Shown here piece after piece: positions 62,756 to 64,000 of a DNA stretch of 64,000 bases. Numbering within the stretch: the first letter of the stretch is position 1; every line of letters starts with the position of its first letter. The stretch comes from Pseudomonadota bacterium. GTDB taxonomy: Bacteria > Bdellovibrionota > Bdellovibrionia > Bdellovibrionales > Bdellovibrionaceae. Position numbers and translations under genes: made by a program. The notes under the pieces are model-generated. The model ran no database searches. It was not told the origin of the DNA and was given only the letters and a program-made list of their open reading frames with translations. The stretch spans positions 1 through 64,000 of the forward strand of contig JBEGVH010000010.1 in the NCBI GenBank assembly GCA_041178425.1. The letters run 5' to 3'.

Positions 62756-63556
62756 TTAACTCTTGGAGATTATTTTGACGATGTCTTGATGGAAATATCC
62801 GTTGCTGGCGAGGATTGTCTTGTTCCATGGGTTGTAGACTCCCCCATCGAAGGTACTAAGCGAACCACCCGCTTCTTCAACGAGAATCTGTCCGCCCGCC
62901 ACGTCCCACGGACTAAGGTCCTGTTCCCAAAAAAAATCAAAAACACCTGATGCAACCATACAAAGATCAAACGCCGCGGAACCCGGCCGACGTATTCCTC
63001 TTGTGTTTTTTACCAGCCGCTCGAAGATGGGCAATTGCTCATTAAGAGTTTTCTCTTTTTCAGCGTTGAAACCAGTGGCGGCAAGCGACTGACTCATCTT
63101 GGACGTTTTACTGACTTCAATACGATGACCATTTAAATAGGCACCATGCCCCTTTCGCGCCCAGTAGGTTTCATTTAAGATCGGCACATCAATCACACCA
63201 ACAACAGGATGATGATTAATAACTAAGGCAATACTTATACAGAAAATAGGAAAACGATGAACATAATTGGTTGTACCATCTAATGGATCAACGACCCAGA
63301 TGCCTTTTTGGTCGCTCATTTGAAGCTTCGTGGGGTTGGCGTAAGCCTCTTCTTCACCTAAAAAACCGTATTCAGGAAAGGCATCCATTAAGTGGGTTTT
63401 AATGGCCAATTCAGAAGCGCGATCGGCTTCGCTCACTAACCCTGCCTGATGTTTAAACTCAACTTGGGAAAGGTTTCCATAATGATCTAATAGAATCGAT
63501 CTCGCCTTTTGGGCAGCTTGTCGAGCTGCAGCTAGCTCATGGTCATAAGAATTCAT
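62756..63556 (-). CDS. suhB: inositol monophosphatase family protein
   Basis: GEE, WVVDPLDGTTNY, GSAAFDL and WDVAGG. Confidence 0.9.
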   Translation of the reverse strand: MNSYDHELAAARQAAQKARSILLDHYGNLSQVEFKHQAGLVSEADRASELAIKTHLMDAFPEYGFLGEEEAYANPTKLQMSDQKGIWVVDPLDGTTNYVHRFPIFCISIALVINHHPVVGVIDVPILNETYWARKGHGAYLNGHRIEVSKTSKMSQSLAATGFNAEKEKTLNEQLPIFERLVKNTRGIRRPGSAAFDLCMVASGVFDFFWEQDLSPWDVAGGQILVEEAGGSLSTFDGGVYNPWNKTILASNGYFHQDIVKIISKS

Positions 63557-63701
63557 AGTGACCCCTTCAAGATAACTTCCATCGTGCCTAGACCAAAGTT
63601 CGTAGTCAATTCAAATACTACAAATGAACTTGGGAACACGCCCTCCATCACGGTAATATCTTAACGGGGACACACCTCTCGAAAAATAGGAGAATTATAA
63701 A

Positions 63702-64000
63702 ATGAACGACTATAGAAATTCAGGGACGGATACCGTAGTTAAGATTGTGCTAGTTTTCTTCATTAGCTTACTCTCTTTCTCTATTGGAACTTTTGTTGGA
63801 AAAAAATTCAGCGACAACCAACATAAAATGGTTGCTTTAGAACCTACAAAACCAGCTGGAGAAGAAGTAGCTGAAGAGTCAAAGTCGCATGAAGCAACTG
63901 CTGCCGGTCATGAAACAGAGACGGCCGCTGCAAGTCATGAAACTGAATCGATCAACGATGATCAAGTAGCAGAGCTCGAACAGGAAATGACCAATCACGA
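63702..64000 (+). CDS. single-pass membrane protein, truncated by the window end (not in the ORF track)
   Basis: AGGAGA RBS; MNDYRNSGTDTVVKIVLVFFISLLSFSIGTFVGKK followed by an acidic linker; open to the window end. Confidence 0.75.
   Translation, partial: MNDYRNSGTDTVVKIVLVFFISLLSFSIGTFVGKKFSDNQHKMVALEPTKPAGEEVAEESKSHEATAAGHETETAAASHETESINDDQVAELEQEMTNH

Noticed and set aside
4059..62970. Many 60-175 aa antisense or alternate-frame ORFs (e.g. 8024-8410, 54867-55391)
   Set aside because: They are nested in well-supported genes and show no motifs or RBS; treated as shadow frames.

Overview
Core chromosome of a Bdellovibrio-like predatory bacterium (phylum Bdellovibrionota). The assignment is inferred from 16S signatures and the pilH-I-D/pilMNOPQ, tol, suf and flagellar gene content. 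Order: reversed rRNA operon (tRNA-Ala upstream of 16S, tRNA-Ile, partial 23S), rarA, type IVa pilus genes, cyclophilin, tolQRAB, Rrf2-sufBCDS-nfu, a lipoprotein zinc protease, ftsEX-envC-ctpA, tig, tandem ArsA/GET3-like ATPases with a TPR lipoprotein and gshA, peptidoglycan enzymes, manC-waaL, motAB, dsbD, the fliL-to-fliA operon and suhB. No mobile element, prophage, CRISPR array or clear defence island was seen. The best candidates for undescribed biology are four. (1) A membrane protein joining a catalytically dead LspA-like domain, a HAMP-like linker, a zinc ribbon and a degenerate methyltransferase fold (45151-47025). (2) A GET3-like ATPase pair with complementary motif defects, in an operon with a TPR lipoprotein and gshA. 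(3) A sigma28-driven, apparently leaderless lipoprotein metalloprotease. (4) A GDPD pseudoenzyme heading the tol operon. All calls come from reading motifs by eye; no searches were run.
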